From Malacoraja senta (lineage: Eukaryota), in the NCBI GenBank assembly GCA_038087875.1, contig CM075990.1, forward strand, positions 2,482,001 to 2,546,000: DNA of 64,000 nucleotides, read 5' to 3'. The number at the start of each line of letters is the position of its first letter. Position 1 is the first letter of the stretch. The position numbers were made by a program, and so were the translations under genes. The notes beneath the pieces are model-generated. The model worked only from the letters and a program-made list of their open reading frames with translations. It made no database searches and was not told the DNA's origin. This document shows positions 47,690-59,596 of this stretch, in pieces.

Positions 47690-48825
47690 GAAGGTAGACA
47701 AAAAATGCTGGAGAAACTCAGTGGGTGAGGCAGCATTTATGGAGAGAAGGAATAGGCGACGTTTCGGGTCGAGACCCTTCTTCAGACTGATGTCGGTGGG
47801 GGGGGGGGCAGGAAAGAGAAAGGAAGTAGGCAGAGACAATAGGACTTGTGGGAGAACTGGGAAGGAGGAGGGGAAGGAGGGATAAAGCAAGGGCTATCTG
47901 AAATTAGAGGTCAATGTTCATACCGCTGGGGTGTAAACTACCCAAGTGAAATAGGTGCCATTCCTCCAATTTGCGCTGGGCCTCACTCTGCCAATGGAGA
48001 GGGCCCAGGAGAGAAAGGTCAGATTGGGAATGGGAGGGGGAGTTGAAGTGCTGAGCAACCAGGAGATCAGGTAGGTTAAAACGGACTGAGCGAAGGTGTT
48101 CAACAAAGGGATTGCCGATCCTGCGCTTGGTCTCGCCGATATAGAGAAGTTTACACCTAGAACAGAGGATGCAGTAGATGAGGTTGGAGGAGGTGCAGGT
48201 GAACCTCTGCCTCACCTGGAAAGACTGTTTGGGTCCTTGGATGGAGTCGAGGGGGGAGATATATGGACAAGTGTAGCATTTCCTGCGGTTGCAGGGGAAA
48301 GTACCCGGGGCGGGGGTGGTTTGGGTGGGAATGGACGAATTGACAAGGGAGTTATGGAGAGAACGGTCTCTGCGGAAAGCAGAAAGTGGAGGAGATTGGA
48401 AGATGTGGCCAGTGGTGGGATCCCATTGGAGGTGGCGAAAATGTCGGAGGATTATGTGCTGTATGCGACGGCTGATGGGGTGGAAGGTGAGGACAAGGTG
48501 GACTCTGTCCTTATTATGAATAGGGGGAGGGGGAGTAAGATCGGAGCTGCGGGATATAGAGGAGACCCTGGTGAGGGCCTCATCTATAATGGAAGAGGGG
48601 AACCCCCGTTCCCTAAAGAATGAGGACATCTCCAATGCCCTGGTATGGAACACCTCATCCTGGGCGCAGATGCGGCGCTGAGGGAGGAATTGGGAGTAGG
48701 GATAGAGTCTTTACAGGAAGCAGGGTGGGAAGAAGTGTAGTCCAGATAGCTATGGGAGTCAGTAGGTTTGTAGTACATGTCGGTCAGTAGTCTGTTACCT
48801 GCGATGGAGATGGTGAGGTGGTAAG
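47690..48825 (-). mobile_element. Penelope-like element, 5'-truncated (RT C-terminus, GIY-YIG endonuclease, pLTR)
   Basis: ORF 47904..48653(-) CNRRKCYTC...SNLIYCILCSRCKLLYIGETKRR; YYKPTDSHSYLDYTSSHP; flanking AAGCTTTTCACT at 47678-89 and 48826-37. Confidence 0.93.
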
Positions 48826-49004
48826 AAGCTTTTCACTAAACCTGTATCAGTTCACATGATAACAAATAAACTAAAATGAAACTATCTCCGTTTAACATTG
48901 TTTTGCCTTTTGTGGATCTTTGGTATTGACTCTACTTTGACTCATTTCTGTTTCCTGTTTCCAACAGGTTTTATGCTTTAGGCTTTAGACTTTTACTTTA
49001 AATG

Positions 49005-49270
49005 TTAGAGATACAGCTAGGAAACAGGCCCTTCAGCCCACCGAGTCCACGCCAACCAATGATCACCGCACTAGGGACAATTACATTTTTTACCAAAGCC
49101 AAATAACCTACAAGCCTGCACGTCTTTGGAGTGTGGGGGGAAACCGGAGCACCCTGAGAAAACCCACGCAGTCGCAGGGAGAACGTACAAAGTATGTACA
49201 GACTGCACCCGTGGTCAAGATCGAACCCGGGTCTCTGGCGCTGTAAGGCACCAACTCTCCCGTCGTGCCA
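49005..49270 (-). mobile_element. HE1-like V-SINE
   Basis: Consensus match. Confidence 0.85.
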
Positions 49271-49961
49271 ATGTGGTTAAACGCTGGTACGTTGTTCAAA
49301 ACAGGCTTCCCTTTGACAGCGTTAGTTTTAAATAGATTTTAAAAACGAAATCTTGATGAAAAATGAACATTTAATTCCATATTTCTCATGGCTTCCTGGG
49401 TCTTCGGTGAAATGGGGCATTAAAAAAACATCTGCTCACTCAAGTCTTTAGTCTCCCTCACATAGCTTCGGCATTGTGTACAGACAGCAACTAGAGGAGA
49501 AACAAAGAAGTGCAGATGCTGGTTAATACACAAAAAGACACAAAGTGCTGGAGGAACTCAGCAGATCACAGGGCGAACGTGCAAACTCCGTACAGACAGC
49601 ACCCGTAGTCGAGATTGAACCCGGGTCTCCGGCGCTGCAAGCGTTGTAAGGCAGCAACTCCACCGCCACGCCACGCTAAATTCCCACACCATGTACCAAC
49701 AACACCCATGGGGACCAATGATATTTAATACCACTCGCATATTAAAATATTGCAACTATTTTCTGCTGCAATATTTTTCAATTATACATTTTCAATTGTG
49801 CATATTTTTATTTACATCATTAATCACTAGACAGATAGGAAATTAGAACAGTGGAGAATTCTCAGGATCTCCCAGTTAAAAGGCACAAACAAAATCAATT
49901 GCAATGTCAGGCTGAGGAAAACTCCTTGTCCACAAACCGATAATCTCGTTACGTTTATGTT

Positions 49962-50270
49962 CAGAGAAGCAGCATGGAAACAGGCCCTTTGGCCCATCGA
50001 GTCCACACTGACCTTCCATTGCCCATTCACACTTGTTCTATGTTATCCCACTTTCTCATCCACTCCCTACAATTCACAGAGACCAATTAACCTTCAAACC
50101 CGCGCGTCTTGGAAACGTGGGAGGAAAGCGGAGCACCTGGAGAAAACCCACGTGGTCACGGAGAGAACGTGTAAACTCTGTACAGACAGCAGCCCCCCTG
50201 TGGTCAGGATCGAACTCAGGTCTCTGGCGCCGTGAGGCAGCAGCTCTATCGCTGCGCCATCGTGCCACCC
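49962..50270 (-). mobile_element. HE1-like V-SINE
   Basis: Consensus match. Confidence 0.85.
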
Positions 50271-51476
50271 TCCTGGCAGTAAAAACTTTAAAAAATTGGT
50301 GGTGTACCTTTATTTTCCTTAACACACAGTAAACAAGGGCAAATCCTGGTTCAATCTGAAGAAGGGTCTCAACCAGAAACGTTGCCCATTCCTTCTCTCC
50401 AGAGATGCTGCCTGTCCCGTTGAGTTACTCCAGCATTTTGTGTCTTTCCTCAGTTTAAACCAGCATCTGCAGTTCCTCCCTCCAACAAATCCTGGATAGT
50501 AATTTTACACTCCCAGATATAAATGGTTGGTACATCAAGAGTCAAGAGTGTTCTATTGTCGTATGTCCCAGATAGGACAATGAAATTCTTGCCTGATGCA
50601 GCACAACACAATATGTAAACATAGCACATAACGGGAGAAAAGAAGTTTGGAGTGTATATATACACATGCACACATACTCAATAAATAAACAACTATAGTG
50701 CAATAATAATAATAGTCTGTTGTAGTTCAGAGCTTATTTATGGTTGTGTTTAATAGCCTGATGACTATTACATGTTATACTCATTAAAGAGATGTTATCT
50801 ATATTCAAATGTAGAACCTAATTTTGGCAATGCATACAGACATAAACGTGAGTTACATTTTCTGTTACGTTGTGGTTTGGATGGGTAGCGCTCATATATG
50901 TAGTAGGGTTTTGTCAGTAATGTCTGGTTGCTAGACTTGTCCTTTCATCTTAAAGATTTTCTCCATCTACAGTCAGTACACCATGGAGGCAGTGGTTATG
51001 TAGGAAGGAACTGCTTATGCCGAAGATAGATACACAGTGTTGGAGTAACTCAGCAGGTCAGGCAGCATCTCTGGAGAAAAAGGATGGGTGATGTTTTGGG
51101 TCAGGGCCCTTCTTCAGACATCCTTTTTCTCCAGAGATGCTGCCTGACCCGCTGAGGTATTCCAGCACTTTGTGTCTATCCATGGAGGCAGTAGATGTGG
51201 GATCATCAACACCCTAAAAATAAGCTTCAAGAGTGGGATAGACATCAATGTTGGATTTATCAGCAATATTATTATTTAGTTTAGTTTGGTTTAGTTTATT
51301 GTCACGTGTACCGAGATACGGTGAAAAGCTTTTCCTTGCATGCTAACCAGTCAGCGGAAAGACAATCCATGGTTACAATCAAACCGTCCATTGTGTACAG
51401 AGTCAGCATAAAGGGAATAATGTTTAGTACAAGGTGAGGTCCAATGAAGTCCAAGTAAAGGTTGTGCAGTGAGGTT

Positions 51477-51983
51477 GTGTATTGAGGGAGTGCAGCGTAG
51501 GTTCACAAGGTTAATTCCCGGGATGGCGGGACTGTCATATGCTGGGAGAGAATGGAGCAGCTGGGCTTGAACACTCTGGAGTTTAGAAGGATGAGAGGGC
51601 ATCTCATTGAAACATATAAGATTGTTAAGGGTTTGGACACACTAGAGGCAGGAAACATGTTCCCGATGTTGGGGGAGTCCAGAACCAGGGGCCACAGTTT
51701 AAGAATAAGGAGTAAGCCATTTAGAACAGAGACGAGGAAACACTTTTTCTCACAGAGAGTGGTGAGTCTGTGGAATTCTCTGCCTCAGAGGGCGGTGGAG
51801 GCAGGTTCCCTGGATGCTTTCAAGAGAGAGCTAGATAGGGCTCTTAGAAATAGTGGAGTCAGGGGATATGGGGAGAAGGCAGGAACGGGGTACTGATTGG
51901 GGATGATCAGCCATGATCACATTGAATGGCGGTGCCGGCTTGAAGGGCCAAATGGCCTACTCCTGCACCTATTGTCTATTGTC
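51477..51983 (+). mobile_element. CR1 3' fragment inserted in a Rex1/Babar remnant
   Basis: ORF 51552..51896(+); ATTGTCT tail. Confidence 0.92.
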
Positions 51984-53666
51984 CTGTCCGAGAATCTCCA
52001 ATGAGGTAGATGGGAGGTCGGGGCCGCTCTCTAGTTGTTGATAGGACGGTTCAGTTGACTGATAACAAACTGTCACTGAATCTGGAGGTGTGCGTTTTCA
52101 CACTTCTGTACCTCTCGCCTGATGGGAGGGGGGGATCTTATCATCACATACTCTACGAGAGGTCAGTTCAAGAGTTCAGCAACCGTGAAGAAGAAGTTGT
52201 CCTTGGTAATCTGGTCGTACATGCTTTCACACTTTGTACCTTCTGCCAGACTGGAGATGGGAGAAGAGAGAATAGCGGGGTGTGAGTGGTCCTTGATTAA
52301 AGACCCTTCACTCTCCTGTTGCCCACCAGCTTTAAAAGAAATGGGGCAGATTGAAGAGATGCAAATATATCCCATCTCGGCAATAAAGGGAGTGAGAAGC
52401 TGTCTCCTTAGTTTGTGCTGACAGATATAACAGTGTCCACTGCACTCTGCTCCCAATTCAATCAATGCAGGCCGCACATCCTAATCCACACTCACTCAAG
52501 CACCGACTCTCTTCCCCCTCGCTCTCCTTTCTTTCACTGGATCTTTTAAACACATCCCCCACCACCCCTCTCCCCGTGCCCCTCCCCCCCTCCGAACATG
52601 CCCCTCTCATTCAATGAACACTGTTCGGCATGTCCAAATATTTATCCGCCTTGCTTTATTGCTCAGCTAACAGAGCATTCCCTTTATGTCTTTTCTGCTC
52701 AAGGCAAACAAAACAAAACTTCCCAACACGTGGACTTTCATCTGGGAGATAAAAAGAGGCTTAACACTGGAGTGGGAAATAGCCCAACTAAAGGACTAGC
52801 CCTCAGCTGGTGAATTTGCTCTCGTGTGTTAAACCCCCGTCAACATTTTCTTACATTGTAAAGCGATTGTGGAAAGGGCCAGAAGAAGAGAGAACACCTA
52901 AACTGGTCGTGTAAAGTCCTCGCGATAATCCCGTCAAACGGTACGAATATTGAGCGGTCTGTAGAAGGGTCTCGACCCGAAACGTCACCCATTCCTTCTC
53001 TCCAGAGATGCTGCCTGTCCCGCTGAGTTACTCCAGCATTTTCTGTCTATCTTCGGTATGAACATTGATTTCTCCAACTTCAAGTAACCCTGGCTCTCCA
53101 TCCCTCCCCCATCCTAGTTCTCCCGCCAGTCTGACTGGCCTCCTGATTACGTTTTCCAGCGTTTTGTGTCCACCATCGCTCAGTCTGCCTTGGCCCACGC
53201 GATCTCCCGGTTGCCAAATATTTCATCTCCCCCCCCCCCCCATTCACACACCAACGCTGCGTCACCCCCCCCCCCCCCCCCCATTTTCTCCATGACAACG
53301 ACAACTCTGGCATGGGCTGCTTGTGGAGCCACAATCCCATCAGGAGGGGATGTGAAACTAACTTAACTCTGCAGTCTGAATAAGGGTCTCAACCCAAAAC
53401 GTCACCCATTCCTTCTCTCCAGAGATGCTGCCTGTCCCGCTGAGTTGCTCCAGCATTTTGTCTATCTTTGATATAAACCAGCATCTGCAGTTCCTTCCTA
53501 CACATATCTCTGCAGTGTATGGTTATGTTCAGTGGGTCAGTTATGAGAAGGGTCTCAACCTGAAACGTCAGCCATTCCTTTTCTCCGGAGATACTGTCTG
53601 ACCCGCTGAGTTACTCCAGCTTTTTGTGTCCATGCTCTGATGCCCACTGATTTAACTAAAGGATCT

Positions 53667-53963
53667 GGGGCGGCACGGTGGCGCAGCGGTAGAGTTGCTG
53701 CCTCACAGCGCCAGAGACCCAGGTTCAATCCTGACCACGGGTGCTGGCTGTACTGAGTTTGTACGTTCTCCCAGTGACCGGGTGGGTTTTCTCCAGGTAC
53801 TCCGGTTTCCTCCCACACTCTAACAACATACAGGTTTGTAAGTTAATTGGCTTTTGTGAATTGTAAATTGTCTCTAGTGTGTAGGATAGTGCTAGTGTAT
53901 GGGTCATCGCTGGTCAGCGGGGACTCGGTGGGCCGAAGGGCCTGTTTCCGCGCTGTATCTCCA
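53667..53963 (+). mobile_element. HE1-like V-SINE
   Basis: Consensus match. Confidence 0.88.
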
Positions 53964-54047
53964 AAGTCATCTAATAAATCCCACACTTGAACGATTCACA
54001 GTGATTCTCTGTTCTCCATGTGCTCCATGCTGTGCCAGACCCGCTGA

Positions 54048-54330
54048 GTTTAGTTTAAGGACACAACATGAGAACAGGCCAATGGTTCCACCAAGTCTGT
54101 GCCGACCAGCAATCACCTGTAAACTGTTTCGATCCTGCACACTAGGGAGAATTTATAGAAGCCAAATAACCTACAAACCTGCACGTCTTTGGTGCGTGGG
54201 AGGAAACCGGAGCAGTCGGGGAAAAGCCACGTAGTCACGGGGAGAACGTACAAACTCCGTACAGACAGCTCCCGCAGTCAGGATCGAACCGGGGTCTCTG
54301 GCGCTGTGAGGCAGCAACTCTACCGCTGCT
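54048..54330 (-). mobile_element. HE1-like V-SINE
   Basis: Consensus match; its 5' flank is an inverted copy of 53550-53668. Confidence 0.85.
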
Positions 54331-54609
54331 CCAGATCCTTTAGTTAAATCAGTGGACATCAAAGCATGGACACAAAAAGCTGGAGTAACTCAGTGGGTTA
54401 GATAGTATCTCCGGAGAAAAGGAATGGCTGACATTCCGGGTCGAGGCATGCTGTCCCAGCACTTTGTGCCGACGGTTCACAGTGTACGGTTTAGGTGAAA
54501 AAAGAGGGCTCTCTAGTGCCGGATAGTGTTAGTGTGCGGGGATCTCTGGACGGCGAGGAGTCGGTGGGCCGAAGGGCCTGTTTCCGCTCTGTATCTCTAA
54601 ACTAAACTA

Positions 54610-54920
54610 AATTTGATAGAATTTAACCAAGGGTTCAACAATGTCACTCCTAATTTGTTCTAAATTTAAGCATGATATCGTTTCAGAGTACCAATGGAAT
54701 GTGGTCGGAGGGTTAGAGTCTTTCCATTTAAATAAAATAGATCTTCTGGCAATTAATGTGGTAAAAGTAATCAGCCGATGGGCGGAACGGAACAGATGAA
54801 TAGAATCTAACATTGGTAGCCCCAAAAATTGCAGTAATAGGATGAGGTTGTAAATCTATACCTAAAACTACAGAAATAGTATCAAAAATGTCTTTCCAAT
54901 ATTTTTCCCAAAGTGGGCAA
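54610..54920 (-). mobile_element. L1 ORF2 C-terminal fragment
   Basis: CPLWEKYWKDIF...LIARRSILFKWKDSNPP...CLNLE. Confidence 0.75.
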
Positions 54921-55602
54921 GTGGTGAATCTGGAAGGCTGTGGAGGGCAAATCAATGGATAGAGATAGATAGATTCTTGATTAGTACGGGTGTCAGAGGT
55001 TATGGGGCGAAGGCAGGAGAATGGGGTTAGGAGGGAGAGATAGATCAGCCATGATTGAATGGTGAAGTAGATTTGATGGACCGAATGGCCTAATTCAGCT
55101 CCTATCACTTATGATCTTATGAATGGAGGGTTAAGATAAGTGAATGGCGATACAGGAGTCCGCTGTGTGTGTTTGATATCAAGCCTGGCTGTTGTTTGTC
55201 AGGGAGAAATTAAGTGTACCTGAGTGGCATGTGTTGAGCAGTAATACTCAGTGGGACCCTGATCTGCACACAAACGCTTTAATTTTAATAGACTTACACC
55301 TCATTTGGCCTCTGAAGCCCATTGAAGACTCCCCGAGGAAGGCTGGAATCAGTCCCTCTGTGGCTGCTACTGGCAGGGTTTAGAACAAGCTTTGTATGAG
55401 AAGCCTTGATTAACCTGCTCTGTGAAACAGACACACTTTAACCCCTCCCGCACTGAATCCTCTCCCCCCCCACCGCACAAGCACGCACCTCAGCCGTTGC
55501 AATGGGCGGGGGGGGGGGGGGGTGAAGAAGGGCTTTCCATAGAAGGTACTCAGAATACAGACCCATCCACACTGATAGTCCATTCACTTGTATTTCATCC
55601 AT

Positions 55603-56255
55603 TCAGCGGTGGAGTTGCTGCCTTACAGACGCGGGTTCGACCCTGACTACGGGTGCTGTCTGTACGGAGTTTGTACGTTCTCCCCGTGACCTGCGTGTGT
55701 TTTCTCTGGATGCTCCGGTTTCCTCCCACACTCCAATGACATACAGGTTTGTAGGTTAATTTAGCTTTGAGAAACATTGTGAATTGTCCCTAGTGTGTGT
55801 AGGGTAGTGTTAATGCGCGGGGATAGCTGGTCGGCGCGGACTCGGTGGGCCGAAGGGCCTGTTTCCGTGCTGTATCTCTAATCTAAAAAAATACAGACAC
55901 TTCCACACTGATAGTCCATGCACTTGTATTTAGTCCAATTCGTTAAGCGAATTTAACCCATTTAGGAGCGGCACGGTGGTGCAGCGGTAGAGTTGCTGCC
56001 TTACTGCGCCAGAGACTGTGGCTTAATCCTGACTACGGGTGCTGTCTGTACGGAGTTTGTACGTTCTCCCCGTGACCTGCGTGGGTTTTCTCCGGGTGCT
56101 CCGGTTTCCTCCCATACTCCAAAGATGCGCAGGTTTGTAGGTTAATTGGCTTCTGTAAAAATTGTAAATTGTCCTTAATGTGTAGGATAGTGTTAGTGTG
56201 CAGGGATTGCTGGTCAGCATGGGCCCGGAGGGCCGAAGGGCCTGTTTCATCACCG
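55603..56255 (+). mobile_element. Two tandem HE1-like V-SINEs (55603-55885 and 55966-56255)
   Basis: Consensus matches; both preceded by TCCACACTGATAGTCCAT.CACTTGTATTT. Confidence 0.85.
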
Positions 56256-56445
56256 TATTTTAAAAAAAAACTAATCAGGTAAACGCACGGAGTCTTTTTG
56301 CACAGAGTAGGGGAATCGAGAACCAGAAGACATAGGTTTAAGGTGAGAGGGGAAAGATTTAATAGGAACCTGAGGGATAACTTTTTTACACAAAGAGTGG
56401 TGGGTGTATGGAACGAGCTGCCAGAGGAGGCAGGGACTATTGCAG

Positions 56446-56724
56446 TTTAGTTTAGTTTAGAGATACAGCAGGGAAACAGACCCATCGGCCCACCGGGTCC
56501 GTACCAACCAGCGATCGCCACATATTAACACTATCCTACACACACTAGGTACAATTTTTACACATTTACCAAACTTATTTACAAACATACCTGTACGTCT
56601 TTTGTAGATCACAGGGGGAATGCACAAATTCCGTCCAGACAGCACCCGTAGTCGGGATCGAACCCGGCACTCCGGTGCTGCAAGCGCTGTAAGGCAGAAA
56701 CTCTACCTCTGTGCCACCGTGCCA
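56446..56724 (-). mobile_element. HE1-like V-SINE inside a CR1 fragment
   Basis: Consensus match. Confidence 0.8.
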
Positions 56725-56776
56725 CAGTGTTTAAGAAACATTTAGATAAGTACATGATTAGTACAGGTTTGGAGGG

Positions 56777-57420
56777 ATAGACAATAGACAATACACAATA
56801 GACAATAGGTGCAGGAGTAGGCCATTCGGCCCTTCAAGCCAGCACCGCCATTCAATGTAATCATGGCTGATCATCCCCAATCAGTACCCCGTTTCTGCGT
56901 TCTCCCCATATCCCCTGACTCCGCTATTTTTAAGAGCCCTATCTAGCTCTCTCTTGAATGTATCCGGAGAACAGGCCTCCACCGCCCTTTGAGGCAGAGA
57001 ATTCTACAGACTCACAACTCTATGTGTGAAAATGTGTTTCCTCATCTCCGTTCTAAATGGCCTACCCATTATTCTTAAACTGTGGCCCCTGGTTCTGGAC
57101 TCCCCCAACATCGGGAACATTTCCTGCCCCTAGCGTGTCCAAACCCTTAATAATCTTATATGTTTCAATAAGATCTCCTGTCATCCTTCTAAATTCTAGA
57201 GTATACAAGCCCAGCCGCTCCATTCAGCAAATGACTGTCCCACCATCCTGAGAATTAACCTTGTGAACCTATGCTGCACTCCCTCAATAGCAAGAATGTC
57301 CTTCCTCAAATTTGGAGACCAAAACTGCACTCCAGGTGTGGTCTCACTAGGGCCCTGTACAATTGCAGAAGGACCTATACTCAACTCCTCTTGTTATGAA
57401 GGCCAACATGCCATTCGCTT
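56777..57420 (-). mobile_element. CR1 3' fragment
   Basis: VQFWSPNLRKDILAIEGVQ; AGACAAT tail. Confidence 0.88.
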
Positions 57421-57551
57421 TCGACTCAAAACATTGCCCATTCCTTTTCTCCAGAGATGCTGCCTCACCCGCTGAGTTACTCCAGAATTTTGTGTCTACC
57501 TTAGAGAACTGGAGCAACTGGGAGAAAGCATGCAGCTACAGAGAGAACTTA

Positions 57552-58076
57552 AGGGGCTGTCCCATTGTGGCGACCTAATCCGCGAGTTTAGAAGAGTTTA
57601 GGAGAGTTTGAAAAAGTGTCATGTTGAAGACCTCCTTCGACTATGTTGAAGACTAGCTTCGACTAGCTTCGGGAAAATTGGACACCGAATAGTGGAGAGT
57701 GAAGACGCCTCCTTCGATCTCCATCGACCTCCCTTCGACTATGTTGAAGACTATCTATGACTACCTTTGACTACGTTCGACCACCCTCGATTACCTACGA
57801 ATAACATGCCGACCTACTACGACATACTTCGACTAAACCTACGAGTAATAAAAATATCGATTTTTTTTCATGGCAACCTTTTCTTACTCGCGGGCATTTT
57901 TCTGCATGTTGAAAAATACGCCACGTCCTATCTGAGGCCTCGGGTACGCGGGGACTACTCTCGAGCATGAAGGAGAGTTACAAAGACCTCATAGGACCTC
58001 GTGTCGACCATGCTGCGAGTATGAGTCGAGGGCAACCTGAACCTGTGGATTAGGTCGCCACATTGGGACAGCCCCT
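57552..58076. mobile_element. PIF/Harbinger-type MITE
   Basis: About 30-bp TIRs AGGGGCTGTCCCATTGTGGCGACCTAATCC / GGATTAGGTCGCCACATTGGGACAGCCCCT; TSD TTA at 57549-51 and 58077-79; internal TTCGAC repeats. Confidence 0.92.
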
Positions 58077-58546
58077 TTATGGACATCACTTAGACTGCAC
58101 ATAAAGTCGCTCAATCCTGTGTCCCTGGATCAGTGAGGCAGTTGCTCTAACCTCTAAAGGTGTTTCTGGATATCTCATACATGTCTTGCGATATCCTTAC
58201 CTCTGTCCTTGTAGTGCTGGCTTAACGGCAATTGGAAGTTGATCAATAGATGATGGAAAGATAAGATAAGATAAGTGGAGAGATAAGTTTTTTTGCCTTC
58301 CATCACAGCGCTGTGATGGATGTATGTGTAAATTGTGTTGTGTCTCGGGTCATCTTCGATTTGTAATGTATGGCTGCAGAAACGACATTTCGTTTGGACC
58401 TCAAGGGGTCCAAATGACAAATTTGTCCAAAAGACAAATAAAATTGTATTGTATTGTATTGTAAAAATTGTATTGTATTGGAATGAGTCCCCAATCGTAT
58501 ATGGACTGCCATATTTTGGCACCTTCCTGTAACTTGAATGAAACAT

Positions 58547-59172
58547 TGGGGCGGCACGGTGGCGCAGCGGTAGAGTTCCAGCCTCACAGCACTAGAGACA
58601 CGGGTTCGAACCTGACTACGGGTGCTGTCTGTACGGAGTTTGTACGTTCTCTCCGTGACAGCGTGGATTTTCCACGGGTTCTCCGGTTTCCTCCCACACT
58701 CCCAAGACGTACAAAGGTTTGTTGGTTCATTGGCTTCGTTAAAATTGTAAATTGTTGTTATCCCATTTGCGTGATGCTTATAATAAAGTATTTGTTTTTC
58801 TCTTTTTTCCTCTTTCTCTTTTTTTTTCTTCTTTAGGGTCTATCTCTTAATCCTTTCTTCTTAATTTCTTTTCTACAGGGCCTCTGTTCTTTCCTGTTGT
58901 CACGTTTTTTCACCTTCACTATTTTCCTTCACTTTTTTCTTAATCTCAACCTTTCCTTATCATTAGTGTAAAAAATGACGGGATTACATTAATTGTAATA
59001 AGATATACGTGATGAGTACTAATGTAATTGGTTGTAATGTAATGTACTTCTAATAAATAAAAATAAAAAATAAAAAAATGGTAAATTGTCCCTAGTATGT
59101 GGGGCAGTACCAGTGCACGGGGACCGCTGAGGCGGCGCGGGCAGGCCTGTTTCTGCGCTGTATCTCTAAACT
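58547..59172 (+). mobile_element. HE1-like V-SINE interrupted by an L1 3' UTR
   Basis: SINE halves at 58547-58755 and 59075-59172. Confidence 0.85.
58756..59078 (+). mobile_element. 5'-truncated L1 3' UTR, same family as 24753-31088
   Basis: Aligns with 30760-31088 (GAGTACTAATGTA..GGTTGTAATGTAATGTACTTCTAATAAATAAAA); TSD AAAAT(T/G)GTAAATTGT. Confidence 0.88.
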
Positions 59173-59174
59173 AG

Positions 59175-59596
59175 GCTGGGCTTGTACACTAGAGTTTAGA
59201 AGGATGAGAGGGGATCTTATTGAAACATATAAGATCGTTAAGGGTTTGGACACGCTAGAGGCAGGAAACATGTTCCCGATGTTGGGGGAGTCCAGAACCA
59301 GGGGCCACAGTTTAAGAATAAGGGGTAAGCCATTTAGAACGAAACACTTTTTCTCACAGAGAGTGGTGAGTCTGTGGAATTCTCTGCCTCAGAGGGCGGT
59401 GGAGGCAAGTTCTCTGGATGCTTTCAAGAGAGAGCTGGATAGGGCTCTTAAAGATAGCGGAGTCAGGGGATATGGGGAGAAGGCAGGAACGGGGTACTGA
59501 TTGGGGATGATCAGCCATGATCACATTGAATGGCGGTGCTGGCTCGATGGGCCGAATGGCCTACTCCTGCACCTATTGTCTATTGTCTATTGTCTA
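59175..59596 (+). mobile_element. CR1 3' fragment
   Basis: ORF 59099..59500; ATTGTCT tail. Confidence 0.92.
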
